Below are positions 52,061 through 63,610 of a DNA stretch of 64,000 bases, piece by piece. Made by a program: the position numbers and the translations under genes. The number at the start of each line of letters is the position of its first letter. The first letter of the stretch is position 1. The notes beneath the pieces are model-generated. The model did not search any database and was not told where the DNA came from. It worked only from the letters and a program-made list of their open reading frames with translations. Source of the DNA: Lama glama (taxonomy: Eukaryota); the NCBI GenBank assembly GCA_028534125.1, contig CM052817.1, positions 7,876,001-7,940,000 of the forward strand, written 5' to 3'.

Positions 52061-52570
52061 GATTACTCAGCCACAGAAAAAGAATGAAATAATGCCATTT
52101 GCAGCAACATGGATGGACCTAGAGTATTTAGTATGTATCATAATAAATCAGACAGAAAAAAGACAAATATCACATGATATCGCTTATATGTGGAATCTAA
52201 AAAATGATACAAATAAGCTTATTTACAAAGCAGAAACAGACTCACAGACATAGAAAACAAACTTATGGTCACCAAAGGGGAAAGGGGTGGGGGAGGGATA
52301 AATTGGGAATCTAGGGTTAACAGACACATTACTACATATAAAATAGATGAGCAACAAGGTCCTACTGTATAGAACAGGGAACTATATTCAATAGCTTGTA
52401 ATAATTTTATATAACCTACATATATATATAAAGAATACAGATATCTTTTTTCAGATCATTTTGAGATATATATATATATATATATATCTGAACCACTGCT
52501 GTATATCTGAAACTAATGCAACATTGTAAATCAACTCTCTCTATACACACACACACACACACACACACAC
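52061..52570 (+). mobile_element. 5'-truncated L1 3' end inserted in a MIR; tail is (CA)n
   Basis: KKNEIMPFAATWMDLE ORF2 end, 3' UTR gggagggataaattgggaat...; internal (TA)n at ~52465-52487 and terminal (CA)n; short acatatg repeat on both sides. Confidence 0.9.
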
Positions 52571-52806
52571 ATATGAAGCTCTTAACCCAGTGACCAGTAC
52601 ATTCCAACAGTACAGGAAATGTCAGTTGTTGGTTTATTTACTACCTTGTCATATAAATACTTGAGTCTAATCATATCTCTTGTATTATATCATAAACTTC
52701 TGAATATCGGGATTAATATATAGTCTTCCTTTGTCTCTCTCACCATCCTAGCTAGAAATGACTGGATACATGTATCTGCCAAGTCGTGTGCATGCTGCGC
52801 TAGGTT

Positions 52807-53222
52807 TGTGATGGTAGTTTCATGTGTCAATTTGGCTAGTTGTAGGCTGGAGTAACCAACGTGTCAAGCAAACAATAAGTGAGGTGGTGCTGTGAAGGCA
52901 TTTTGTAGATGTGCTTAACTCTCACAATCAGTTGCCTTTAAGTAAAGGAGGTTATCTGACTCAGTCAGTTGAAAGATCTTAAGAGCAGAACTGAGACTTT
53001 TCAGAAGAAATTCCACCTGTGGAAGGCAGCATCAGCTTCTACCTAAGAATTCTAGTGTGTCCTCCCTGATGGCCTGCCCTACAGATTTCAGACTTGGCCA
53101 GCCAGCTCCCACAATGGTACAAGCCAATTTTCTGCAATCAGTCAATCAGTCAACCAATCAGTCAATCAATCAATCAATCAATCACTGGATATGTTTCTCT
53201 GGTGAAACTCTTGACTAATACA
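52807..53222 (+). mobile_element. MLT2 (ERVL) solo LTR (MLT2D-like)
   Basis: tgtgatggtagtttcatgtgtcaatttggctag...gcctgccctacagatttcagactt...tttctctggtgaaactcttgactaataca; internal (AATC)n. Confidence 0.85.
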
Positions 53223-53257
53223 ATATTAGTACATCTTAATATTAGTATCTATACCTA

Positions 53258-53656
53258 TGTGTGATAATTAATTTTATGTGTCAACTTGGCTGGGCCTTGG
53301 TAAAATATTATGCTGGATGGTTCTGTGAGAGTGCTTTTAGATGAGATTAATATTTAAATCAGTGGACTTTGAGTAAAGCAGACTGCCCCTCATAAGGTGG
53401 GTGGGCCCCCACCAATCAGTTGAAGGCCAACTGGAACCAAGATTGACCTCCCCTGCATGAAAGAAAGCAGTCGGCCTTCAGACTCAAAAGGAAGCATCTG
53501 TTCCTAACCTGGGACTCCAGCCTGCTGGCCCAGCCTGCAGATTTTGGACCTACCAGTGTCCATAATTGTGTGAGCTGATTCCTTAAAATAAATCATCTTC
53601 TCTATATCTACATATTCTCTTGATTCTGCTTCTCTGGAGAACCCTGACTACTACAG
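53258..53656 (+). mobile_element. MLT2 (ERVL) solo LTR (MLT2B-like)
   Basis: tgtgataattaattttatgtgtcaacttggctgggcc...gagtaaagcagactgccc...ttctctggagaaccctgactactaca. Confidence 0.88.
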
Positions 53657-54845
53657 AGTGTCAGAACAGGAATTGCTTTTGCAATTGATGTTGCTATCAG
53701 TATCAGCAACAGTATTAATACAAGTGTTAGAATTGGTATTGGCTTAGTATTTGAATTAGCATTATTAGGATTTGGATTCAGATTGACACCCTATTTCATA
53801 CTAGAAACTGCCAAATAGTATAGTGTCAAAGGGAAGTGACTTTGGAACTTGAATTCTAATCCTGTGAAATACAAATGCCATGCCACTATCCACCCACTGC
53901 CTCCCAAGTCCAGAGGCTCACACCTGGGAGGTATTTAATAAATGTTTACCCTGCCCAAACTGAGCAAATTGCAAAATGTGCAAAATCCAGTTTCCTTGTA
54001 GTATCAAAAATTTAACGAGACAGATACTTCAGAGAATTTCCTTCAAACTCTGAGGATTTTCATGACTCCAAAGAAAGTCTATTTAAAATAGTTCCCACTG
54101 GAGCAAAGAGAAGTGCATGAAGCCGGAGCACCTAATATATGAGAGTCATCACACATACGTGCTGTAGGTCAAGTATTAAAAGGATAAATGTTCCACACCG
54201 GAAACATCTGAAATACGTACATTATGGATGGACTTCCCAGTAGGTGGACAATCATGACCAGTCTGAGGAATGGCTGTTTTCATCCATCAGCAATAAATAG
54301 CCCCAGGGGACCCTGCCTGTGACAACAGGGAGGGAGACACTGTGTTCATCTAAAGTCTCATTTTCTTGGTTTGGGATCTTTTGAGTCAGAAACTTCCCCT
54401 CTGTGTCAACAAGGCTTATGTGAACACTTAATTTATTATCCTGAGGGTCCAGGAGACAAAAAAAATCATTGTGATGACTTCTTTTTCATGAAACAACTAT
54501 ACCTCAACTAGCACATTAAATCAGAAATGCAGTATAAAGACAAATAAACTGTCATGATTAATGTTAGCCTCGGTCATTGACAAATACATCTTTCTTCTAC
54601 ACGGAAGGGAGGTAAGAAAGAAGTAAGCCAAAGGTTCTAAAACACATTTTACATAATTAATGTAATTCTCTCCCTCTCTTACAAAATGAGCCAGGCTCTT
54701 CCAAGCTCTGCCATTGTTCCTGTATTGTTTTTCCACCCAAATCTCCATATTTCTCATTTCCCACTTCTTTGCCTAGAGGACACACATCTTTGAAGAATCA
54801 GGCTGTGGTTCTCAACCACGGCTATATTCAAACATCATCTGTGAT

Positions 54846-55025
54846 TAGAGTTGCAAGATTCAGCAAATAAAAATGCAGGACCACCCGTTAAATTTGCTTT
54901 TCAAAAAACAGTGAACAATTTTTTTAGTGTTAAGTATGTTCCATAAGATATTTCCAACATACTCAAAAGACTCTTCATTGTTTATCTGAAATGCAAATTT
55001 AACTGGATGTTCTATACGTTGTCTA
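54846..55025. mobile_element. MER53 palindromic non-autonomous hAT DNA transposon
   Basis: tagagttgcaagattcagcaaataaaaatgcagga...gttaaattt...tttttagtgttaagtatgttcc...tgtttatctgaaatgcaaatttaactggatgttc; internal inverted symmetry. Confidence 0.85.
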
Positions 55026-55559
55026 CAACATCTGGAGTGTTTGCCTTTGCCTCTGCCTGTCCCTAGAAATTCTACCTTAATTGCTAGAAGGTGCCTCTTC
55101 CCCATCTACACACATGAGGACGCTTCCAGTTCTCTTCTTCCTTATCTCTTCTCCCCATACTTTCAGGTAACTTGTACCTACTTGGATCACCTGTTAACAC
55201 AATGTCTGGGGGATAGGATATCTATTGAGATCATTAGTGTTTTGTTGCTGCTGCCTGCTGTGAAATATTCAGAAAAAATGAGCACTATTTGTGTTTTGGG
55301 CTTTTCACTTTTCTCTTGCGCTCCAAGATCAGGTGAGCCTTGGTGTCCCCTAACTTTAGAAGCCAGCCCAATTTAGAAGGTGTGTACAGGTTGTGGAGGT
55401 CATTTTGGTTCTGGGAAAGTCTTCAAACACATGCAGCCAGCTTTCCCTGAGCAAGGAAGAGGAGGGAGGGAGCACATTTGAAGGAGGTGGGGTGGTACCT
55501 AAACATGGGACAGAGGAGGGAGGCGCCCCAATACTGAAAGAAATTATTGAAATAGCACC

Positions 55560-56110
55560 CTAAGTGTTCTTCCTGCTTCACTTCTTGCCCTCTACCCTCC
55601 CTCCCCTTTAGAATGGAAATCAGATCACATCACTCCCGCCCAGATTCCTCCCGTGGCTCCCCTCTTATTCCAAATAAAAGATGGGGCTTGGTCTGCCCCA
55701 ACACAGTTCATTCCATCTCCACACCAGGCTCCTAGCTGTTCCCAGAGCATCCCAGGCATGCTGTTCTGCCCTCTTCACATTTCCATGTTCATTTCCCTCT
55801 GCCAGGAATTCCTTTCTTCCAGAAATACGCCAGTTTGTTTCATCACCTATTTTGCCTTGTGCAAAATGCGAGGTTCATCCTGACCTCCTCCCAACACCTC
55901 CCATCCCTCTTCCTTACTTTGCTTCTCTGTAGCACCAAACTCTTCCAAGCTTTGATACAATTTGCTTATTGGTTTTATTTGTTGTCTGTATCTCTATGAC
56001 TCTCTGTTATTGAACATCCTGAGGGCAAGAGTTTCTGTCCATTTCACTTCTCTACCCCCAACACAAAGGCTAGTCCCTGTTTTATAGCTGACACTCTATA
56101 AATATTGGGA
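55560..56110 (+). mobile_element. L2 LINE 3' fragment
   Basis: aaatcagatcacatcactccc...ctagctgttcccagagcatcccaggcat...cctgagggcaagagtttctgtcc. Confidence 0.7.
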
Positions 56111-56759
56111 AAGAAGGGAAGGAAGAAAGGGAGGGAGGAAAGGAGAGTGGAAGGGAAGCAGGAAAGCAGGGAGGGAGAGGAAAGCTCAGAGATCTGAAGA
56201 TGCCCAGTACAGTGAGAATGAAAAGACCCTGCTTTCCAGGCCTAGGGGAAGTGGCAGGACCTTTGAGAGATGCAGGTCTCTAGACACGGGTACCTAGGAT
56301 TGAACTGATTCCTTTGTCTAAGTGTGTCACTGAATCAGTAAACTCTCCAGATGTTCAGGGACCACACAGAGCATTAGGGGTAACCATGAGGTCGACTAGG
56401 TCTCCCAAAACTGTGTACTCCAGAGATGACCCCTGGGATATTCTGTAAAGTCTAGGGAAGAAAAAAGTAAAGATACAAAAAAGACCAATGAGACTGAATT
56501 TCCCACCACTATGTGAGATGGGAGCTTAGAGTCAGATTAAGATTGATTTAGAGAAACTAAAGATACATATTTCTTGAAAAAAATCAGTGAATGAAGTTTG
56601 TACTGGTTAAATTTGTGTATCTGTTAAAAACAATGTAACCACTGAACAGTAAAAATACTGTAGTCTTGGTGCCCCGCTTGCTAGCTGAGTGACCCTGGGT
56701 GAGTCACCTCCCTGAGCATGAAGTGTCTCATCTATAAAGTGGCATCACTGTACCTCACA

Positions 56760-57151
56760 CATCAGTCAGAATGTGTTAGGTGATGCTGGAGTAACACGTA
56801 AGCTCCAACTCTCCATGTCCTGAAATAGCAAAGGGGCATTTCTTGATCACACACATGTCCTCCCAGGTCAACGAGAGAGCCCTGCTCCAAACACATTCAG
56901 GAACCAGGCCGATAGGGCAGCCTCCTTCCACGCACCTGGTGGCTGTGCCAGAGGGAATACAAGTTCCAGAGACCCTCTTGGTGGCACCCAAGGGCCACGC
57001 CCCAGAAAGTGGCACATGGCACATTAGCCTTAAGTCTGTTCTTTGGCCAGAACTAATCATAAGGCCCCACCCAACAAAGGGGATCAGGAGTGTGATGACA
57101 CCATGTGCCTGGAAGAGAAAGAGCAGCAAATATTTAGGAAAACATACCACA
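56760..57151 (-). mobile_element. MaLR LTR (MLT1J/K-like) splitting a MIR
   Basis: ttaggtgatgctggagtaac...ttggccagaactaatcataaggccccaccca...; MIR sequence on both sides (56660-56760 and 57152-57250). Confidence 0.7.
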
Positions 57152-57336
57152 GGGGTACCAAAGGGCAAGTGTGAGGGTGAAATGAGGTAATATACATAAA
57201 GTGCCTATCACAGAGCCTGGCACATAAAATACACACCATGAATGAAAGCTGTAATTAGATCCTTAAGAGTCTTGGGGAAGGCTGAGATGAAACCTATTTT
57301 AGGCCCAGTCGTTAGCTTAGTGCCTAATAGGCATTC

Positions 57337-59566
57337 TTTTGTTTGTTTGTTTTAACTGAAGTACAGTCAATTTACAATGTTGAGTTAATTTCTGGTATAC
57401 ATATAGTGATTCATTTATACATACACATATAAGATTAACATACAGAAATCAATTGCATTTCTTTACACTAACAATGAACTATCAGAAAAGGAAGGTAAAG
57501 AAACAATTCCTTTTAAAATCACATCAAAAAATAAAATAAAATACTTAGGAATAAACCTGACCAAGGAGATGAAAGACTTATACATGGAGAACTACAAAAC
57601 ACTGGCTAAGGAAATTAAAGATGATTTAAAGAAATGGAAAGACATCTCATGCTCTTGGATGGAAGAATTAACACTGTGAAAATAGTCATACTACCAAAAG
57701 CAATCTACAGATATAAGATGATCCCTGTCAAATTACCCAGGACATTTTTCACAGAACTTGAACAAATAATTCTAAAATGTATATGGAATCACAAAAGGCC
57801 TAGAATTGCCAAAGCAATACTGAAGAAAAAGGAGAAATAACCCTTGCAGACTTCAGTCAATACTACAGAGCTACAGTAATCAAAACAGCATGATATTTAC
57901 ACAAAAACAGACATATGGATCAATGGAACAGAATAGAGAGTCCAGAAATAAACCCACAGACTTACAGTCAATTAATTTTCAACAAAGAAGGCAAGAATAT
58001 ACAATGGAGAAAAGACAGTCTCTTCAACAAGTGATACTGGGAGAAAGCTGGACAGCCACACATAAATCAATGAGGTTAGAACATTCCCTCACACCATACA
58101 CAAAAATAGACTCAAAACGGCTTAAAGACTTAAGCATAAAACAAGATACTATGAACCTCCTAAAAGAAAACATGGGCAAAACATTTTCTGAGATAAATCT
58201 TAGCAATGTTCTAGGGCAGTCTACCCAGGCAATAGAAATAAAAGCAAAAATAAACAAATGGGACCTAATTAAACTTAGAAGCTTTTGCACAGCAAAGGAA
58301 ACCATAAGCAAAACAAAAAGACAACCTACGGAATGGGAGAAAATATTTGCAAATGCGGAGGCTGACAAGGGCTTAATTTCCAGAATATGTAAACAGCTCG
58401 TACAGCTTAATAACAACAACAACAAAAAAACCCAATCCAAAAATGGGCAGAATATCTAAACAAGCAATTCTCCAGTGAAGACATGCAAATCGCCAATAGG
58501 CACAAGAAAAAATGCTCAATATCCCTAATTATCAGAGAAATGCAAATCTAAACTACAATGAGGTATCACCTCACACCAGTCAGAATGGCCATCATTCAAA
58601 AGTCCATAAATGATAAATGCCGGAGAGGGTGTGGAGAAAAGGGAACCCTCCTACACTGTTGGTGAGAATGTGGTTTGGTGCAGCCATTGTGGGAAACAGT
58701 ATGGAGATTCCTTAAAAAACTAAAAATACATTTACCATATGATCCAGAAATCCCACTCCTGGACAACCCAGAGGGAACTTTAATTTGAAAAGATATATGC
58801 ACTGCAATGTTCATAGCAGCATTATTTACAATAGCCAAGACATGTTAATAACCTAAACGCCCATTTAGAGATGACTGGATAAATAAGTGGTCTATTTATA
58901 CAATGGAATACTACTCAGCCATAAAAAACAAAATAACGCCATTTGCAGCAACATGAATAGAATGCAGATCATCGTTCTAAGTGAAGTAAGCCAGAAAGAG
59001 AAAGAAAACTACCATATGATATCACTTATATGTGGAATTTAAAAAAAAAGACACAAATGAACTTATTTACAAAACAGAAACAGACTCAGACATAAAAAAC
59101 AAACTTATCATTACCTGGGGGAAAGGGGGTGGGAGGGATAAATCAGGAGTTTGAGATTTGCGGATACTAACTCCTGTATATAAAATAGATAAACACGTTT
59201 ATATTGTAGAGCACAGGGATCTATACTCAATACCTTGTAGCAACCTATAACGAAAATGACAAAGAATATGAAAAGGAATATATGTATGTATATGTATGAC
59301 TGAAATATTATGCTGTACATCAGAAATTGACACAACACTAAACTGACTATACTTCAACTAGAAAAAAGAAACTCTGAAATTAAAAAAAGAAAAAATATAC
59401 ATATATATTCCTTTTCATATTTTCATTATAGGCTATTACAGGATATTGAATATAGTTCTCTGTGCTGTACAGTAGGACCTTGTTGTTTATCTATTTTATA
59501 TATAGTAGTTAGTATCTGCAAATCCTGAACTCCCAATTTATCCCTCCCCACCCCCTTCCTCCCTCG
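57337..59566 (-). mobile_element. short L1 3' UTR insertion (57337-57430 + 59396-59566) split by a younger L1
   Basis: antisense L1 terminus (actgaagtacagtcaatttacaatgttg) continues after 59396 (cttttcatatt...tttatccctcccc); outer TSD ctaaYaggcattc at 57324-57336 and 59567-59579. Confidence 0.85.
57431..59395 (+). mobile_element. ~2-kb 5'-truncated L1 (ORF2 3' third, frameshifted, + 3' UTR + A tail)
   Basis: ORF2 peptides [17 protein letters not shown]..., KAKINKWDLIKLRSFCTAKETISKTKRQPTEWEKIFAN; ORF2 end (MISLICGI*) near 59042; A-rich tail. Confidence 0.95.
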
Positions 59567-59699
59567 CTAACAGGCATTCCTTTAATGAAGACTGCTGATT
59601 GAATTCACTGAGTTTTTTCTATATTTCAGACAGTAGTCCCTCATGGGGAAAGGGACATAACCATATACAAGTTCAGCCGCTGCACCATTCCCATGCCTC

Positions 59700-60430
59700 C
59701 CCAAACCTACAGCACCAACATTGATGTAATGCCTCTTATGTTCTAGGAAAGTGCTATTCCAGGCCTGGGGAGATACAGAGTGAAGCAGACAGAGAGCCCC
59801 TGCCCTCAACAAGCTTACATCCTAAGGAAAGATGAGGAGGCAGAGAGGACACACTTAATCAAATATGTGAGATGGTTTCCTATCTTGGTACTGACAAGCA
59901 TGGTGCTGAAGAAGACACCCTGGAATAATGTGGTAGGGAGCAAGTCTCTACGGATGGGAAAGGAGGCCAACAAGGAGGGCTGCCTGAGGGTGACTCCGTG
60001 ATGGGAAGGAAATTTGCCGCAGGAAGATCCAGGGATCCAAGCAAAGGCACCTGCAAATGCAGAGAGCCGGAGACTGGAAAGAAAGAACCATGTTTAAGAA
60101 TCAGAAGCAATGTCATGTGACTGGGTCCTAGTGCACAAGGAGGAGAGAGCAAGGATGAAGGAATCAGAGAGGCAGGCATGGTCCTGTAGGCCAGGATAAG
60201 AAACTGAGGTTTCATTCGAATTATAGGAAAGAACAAGTGTAGAGTAGGTGGAGTAAAATTTGGGAAACAAACAATAGTGCTTTGGCCAAACCAACTTTTA
60301 GCCAAGCCAAATCAAGTCTGAGGTACCTATAAAACATCCAAGCACAGTCATTAAACAGCAACTGGATACCAAATCTGCAATTCAGGAAAGAGATTTAGAC
60401 TGGAGATACAAAACTGAGACTCTTTAACAC
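59700..60430 (-). mobile_element. L2 LINE 3' fragment
   Basis: gtgctattccaggcctggggagatacagagtgaagcagacagagagcccctgccctcaacaagcttacatccta... Confidence 0.7.
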
Positions 60431-60697
60431 AAGTCAGAATACAGAGTCTTTAAAGAGAACACTGGCCTCTCTGGAGCTGGTACTAGCTGAAAAGTCAACG
60501 TTGCTTAAATCAAGTAACAGAAGAGATGCTGCCATTCAGAAAAGTTCTCTTGGGCATGTCACTGCTAAATCAGACACTACTGTTACAAATAGTAACTGCA
60601 GATTTTTTAAGCAGTAACTTGGAAGATGGTGAATAAGGTATAACCATGAAGATGCATGAAATTCACCAAAGGGAAATGCCATAATCTGAAGTTGAAT

Positions 60698-60995
60698 TTT
60701 ATCAGTCAAAATAAGCTAGGTTCTGCTGTGATAACAACAAACATCAATGTATCAGTGGCTTAAAGCAGCAGGGATTTTTACTATCACATGGCATGTCCAT
60801 CAGCAGAGAGCTCTGCTCAACAGACTCACTCTGGGAACCACGCTAACAGAGCAGCCATCTCAAAGAAGCCCGTTCCAGGTGAGAGGGCCTGAAAGGGTCT
60901 CACGTAATAATTGAATACATGAAGGAGTACTGTCTCTTCCGTTCACAACCCAAGTCATCCCCAGCCACAAGGGGGCCAGTATGCACAATCTTACT
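60698..60995 (-). mobile_element. MaLR LTR (MLT1J/K-like)
   Basis: atcagtcaaaataagctaggttctgctgtgataacaac...atcagtggcttaaagcagc...ctctgggaaccacgctaacagagcagccatct. Confidence 0.65.
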
Positions 60996-61124
60996 AACGT
61001 GTCCATTTTCCAACATTTCCAACTCTTCCCACTCTTGTCACCATTTTTTTTTTTACTAGAGATGACCCTCAAAACGCTCACGATAGGGGCAACTAGAAGA
61101 AATAAGTCATGATTATATGATTCG

Positions 61125-61320
61125 TGATATCCTTTAATTTTCACAACAACCCTATCAACTAGTTTTTATCCTTCCCATTTTGCAAATGTGGAAATGAAGG
61201 CTTAGAGATATTCAGTAGCGTGCCAAAGGCCCCACGACAAGTAGACAGGGGATCCAAGATCTGTAGGTCAGGAACAAACACAAAGTCATCGTTATTCTTT
61301 CCAGAATAACACACTACCAT
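61125..61320 (-). mobile_element. MIR SINE
   Basis: tttaattttcacaacaaccctat...cccattttgcaaatgtggaaatgaaggcttagaga. Confidence 0.75.
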
Positions 61321-62809
61321 CTACTCTCCTGCGTCCCCTTTAAAATGACTGGGTGTCTTCCTCTTAGATCCATCCTGTCCAAGCCAGAAAAGGAGAGGGA
61401 ATACTTAGCAAAATATACTTAATTAGAGAAAAAGAATAAATGTAGCAAATGTTGGATTAGCTCAATTTTCTTTGGTCATCTTTGTCTTCTGTGAGTGGAA
61501 GGAGAAAGGTGGGGGAATAGAACACAAGGCAGATAAGAGGCCTCTGATACTGCTGGCGAAGCTGATGCTTATTTTTTAAAGATTCTTCAGGGATTCAGAC
61601 ATGTGTAGGCCAGCTCAGCCTCAAAATCATGTTTCATGGAATTGATTCCTTATGAACCATAAAACAGTCTAGTGTTATTCGTAGAAATGCGTATCAGAGA
61701 GATCAAAAAATGATTACACATTCTCTTTTCCAAGGGCCCCAGTAAGCAGTCTGTTATATTTCTTGGTTAGGGCAGCGTATTCAGTTATGTTTCAAGTTCC
61801 TGCCAGTTGGGACTGCCTTTGTGCAAAGCTTTGCACAAGGTTAACTTTCAACTAGAACACAGGCGTATACATCTTGCTCCAAGGCTTTGATTTAAACTTT
61901 CTGTAGATGCAACGTGTTGACTTAAGTTTGTCGTGTTTATTTGTAAAGTATTTTCTGACATCTTGTTACAGTTACTCCACACCCCCAATTACAACCTGGG
62001 TCCTGAGAGAAAAATCCAAATCACGGCCTGAGCCACCTGCTCTGCTACAAAAACCTCATTTCTCAATGCTCAAAGATGCCAAATTCTAAAAGAAAAGCTC
62101 CCAAAATAGGGCAAATCCTCAGTCAAGAAAAGAACATAAGATAGAAAAGACAAAGGCTGGGTTACGAAGCTTGAGATTGCAAATGGTTTAAACTTCTCCT
62201 TCCTTCGCCAGTGCTTCATCTCCATTTTACACACAGGTAAAACAAAGCAAGAAAATGAATAAACCTGGACTGGACCCCTCACCAAAGGCAACTGTCTTAC
62301 CACGTTCCACCAGGCAACTCATGAGACGTCTCTACCACGTGTTGGAGCAGAGAGAAACTGTACAACGTGAGGGCCAACCCATAGTATCTCCCCAACAGCC
62401 GTACTAAACTGAGGTCAGATCTGAAGATTGCAGGCAAGTCGTCCCCGTGTCAGAAACCGAAGGGACCCGGGACACTGCCACGTCTCAGTACCTTTGGTGA
62501 CACGGGGGGAAGCAGAGGCCCATGGAGCTGAGATGACGGTCGAGCCATCTTGGCTCCCTAGTACCAGAGCCAGGCCTGAATCCAAGCCCTTCCTGAGGGT
62601 CCACGTGGCCCCCTTTTGGAAAAAGCTTCAGGTTGAGGGCTGGTTCCCAGCTGTGACCAAGTGCTGAGTGGCCTGGTAGCTCCCAGCGTCCCTCCTCTGA
62701 GAAATGGGGAGGGTACTATTTACTGCCATGGGACGGTGGGAGCATTACCAGAGGAGCATCAACGTACGTCCCACAATAAACCGTTCACATCTCCGACACT
62801 CCACCTTGT

Positions 62810-63215
62810 AAGGTCACCGAGAATCTACGCACGTGGGTCTCCTCGCCTGGCTCCTGCCGCAGACCCGCCAGCGCCCGGGCGGACCTGAGGGGACGCGGTC
62901 GGCGCCCGGCCTGGCTTCCGTGGGCGCCTTCGCCCCGGAGACCCCGAGAGGACAGCGGACACAAAGGCTCAGCGCCCCAGCCCAACGCCGTTTTAGAGCC
63001 TCACGCTCCTTCTCTCTCACCTTCGCAGGGTAAAGTCCGCAGGAAGCAGCCCAGACGGCGCGGGGCAGGAGGAGCGGGAGACGCAGGCGGACGGTTTTTG
63101 GCGCCAAAGCCGAAGCGTAAATGAGGGCGCAAAGATGGGACTGCGCAGGCGTACGGCGTCGGTGTGCTTTACAAGTCGGACAGCAGGGAGGGTGCGACCA
63201 GAAAACGCGGTCCCC
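62810..63215. promoter_or_regulatory. CpG-island promoter
   Basis: sharp rise in GC and CpG density versus the CpG-depleted rest of the window; E2F palindrome TTTGGCGCCAAA 63097-63108, NRF1-like TGCGCAGGCGTA 63142-63153, YY1-like AAGATGG 63132-63138, ETS-like CAGGAAG ~63040. Confidence 0.8.
63021..63125 (-). other. putative non-coding first exon of an unidentified gene or lncRNA (5' end approximate)
   Basis: strong donor GCGAAG|GTGAGA at 63021/63020 inside the CpG island, with the island extending into the downstream intron; no ATG on the minus strand between ~63170 and the donor. Confidence 0.6.
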
Positions 63216-63610
63216 CAGGACACCTGTTTCACTCTAAGGAAGTTCCCTGTCTCAAGATGCTCCTCAGCAGAGGCCTGGGGCCGGGCGTCGTGACTGGGTC
63301 GCTTCTGGTAAAACTGCCCCAAGTGTTTAAACTCCTGGGAGCCGAGAGTGCCGACGGGTTGAGTCACCAGTCTGTAACGCTAGCGTTGGTGGCGCTGACT
63401 GTGACCATGGCCCACAGCTTCACCAGCAACGTCTCCTTCAGCTCTGGGGGTGAAGCCCTGTTCCTGATGCCTTCCGCGTCCTGCACTACAGGGGACAGAC
63501 TGTGAAAGGTGTCGCTTTCCCAGGCCTGCTGGTTGAGCTTTCACCACTGAAGCCCCTGGCTGTAGTCACTCTGCTCCAGGCCTCCCACATGCCTGCTGTG
63601 ATGGTGGGAG

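Noticed and set aside
57634..58459. ORFs of 68 and 189 aa with protein-like sequence
   Set aside because: Frameshifted fragments of L1 ORF2p in a 5'-truncated element
62086..63020. snoRNA in the putative first intron (host-gene hypothesis)
   Set aside because: No C-box (RTGATGA) and D-box (CTGA) pair with a terminal stem seen on the minus strand; H/ACA cannot be excluded by eye
62814..63107. 97-aa minus-strand ORF MAPKTVRLRLPLLL resembling a signal peptide
   Set aside because: Starts at TTG within the E2F site, not ATG, and runs through the splice donor; GC-rich DNA yields open frames by chance
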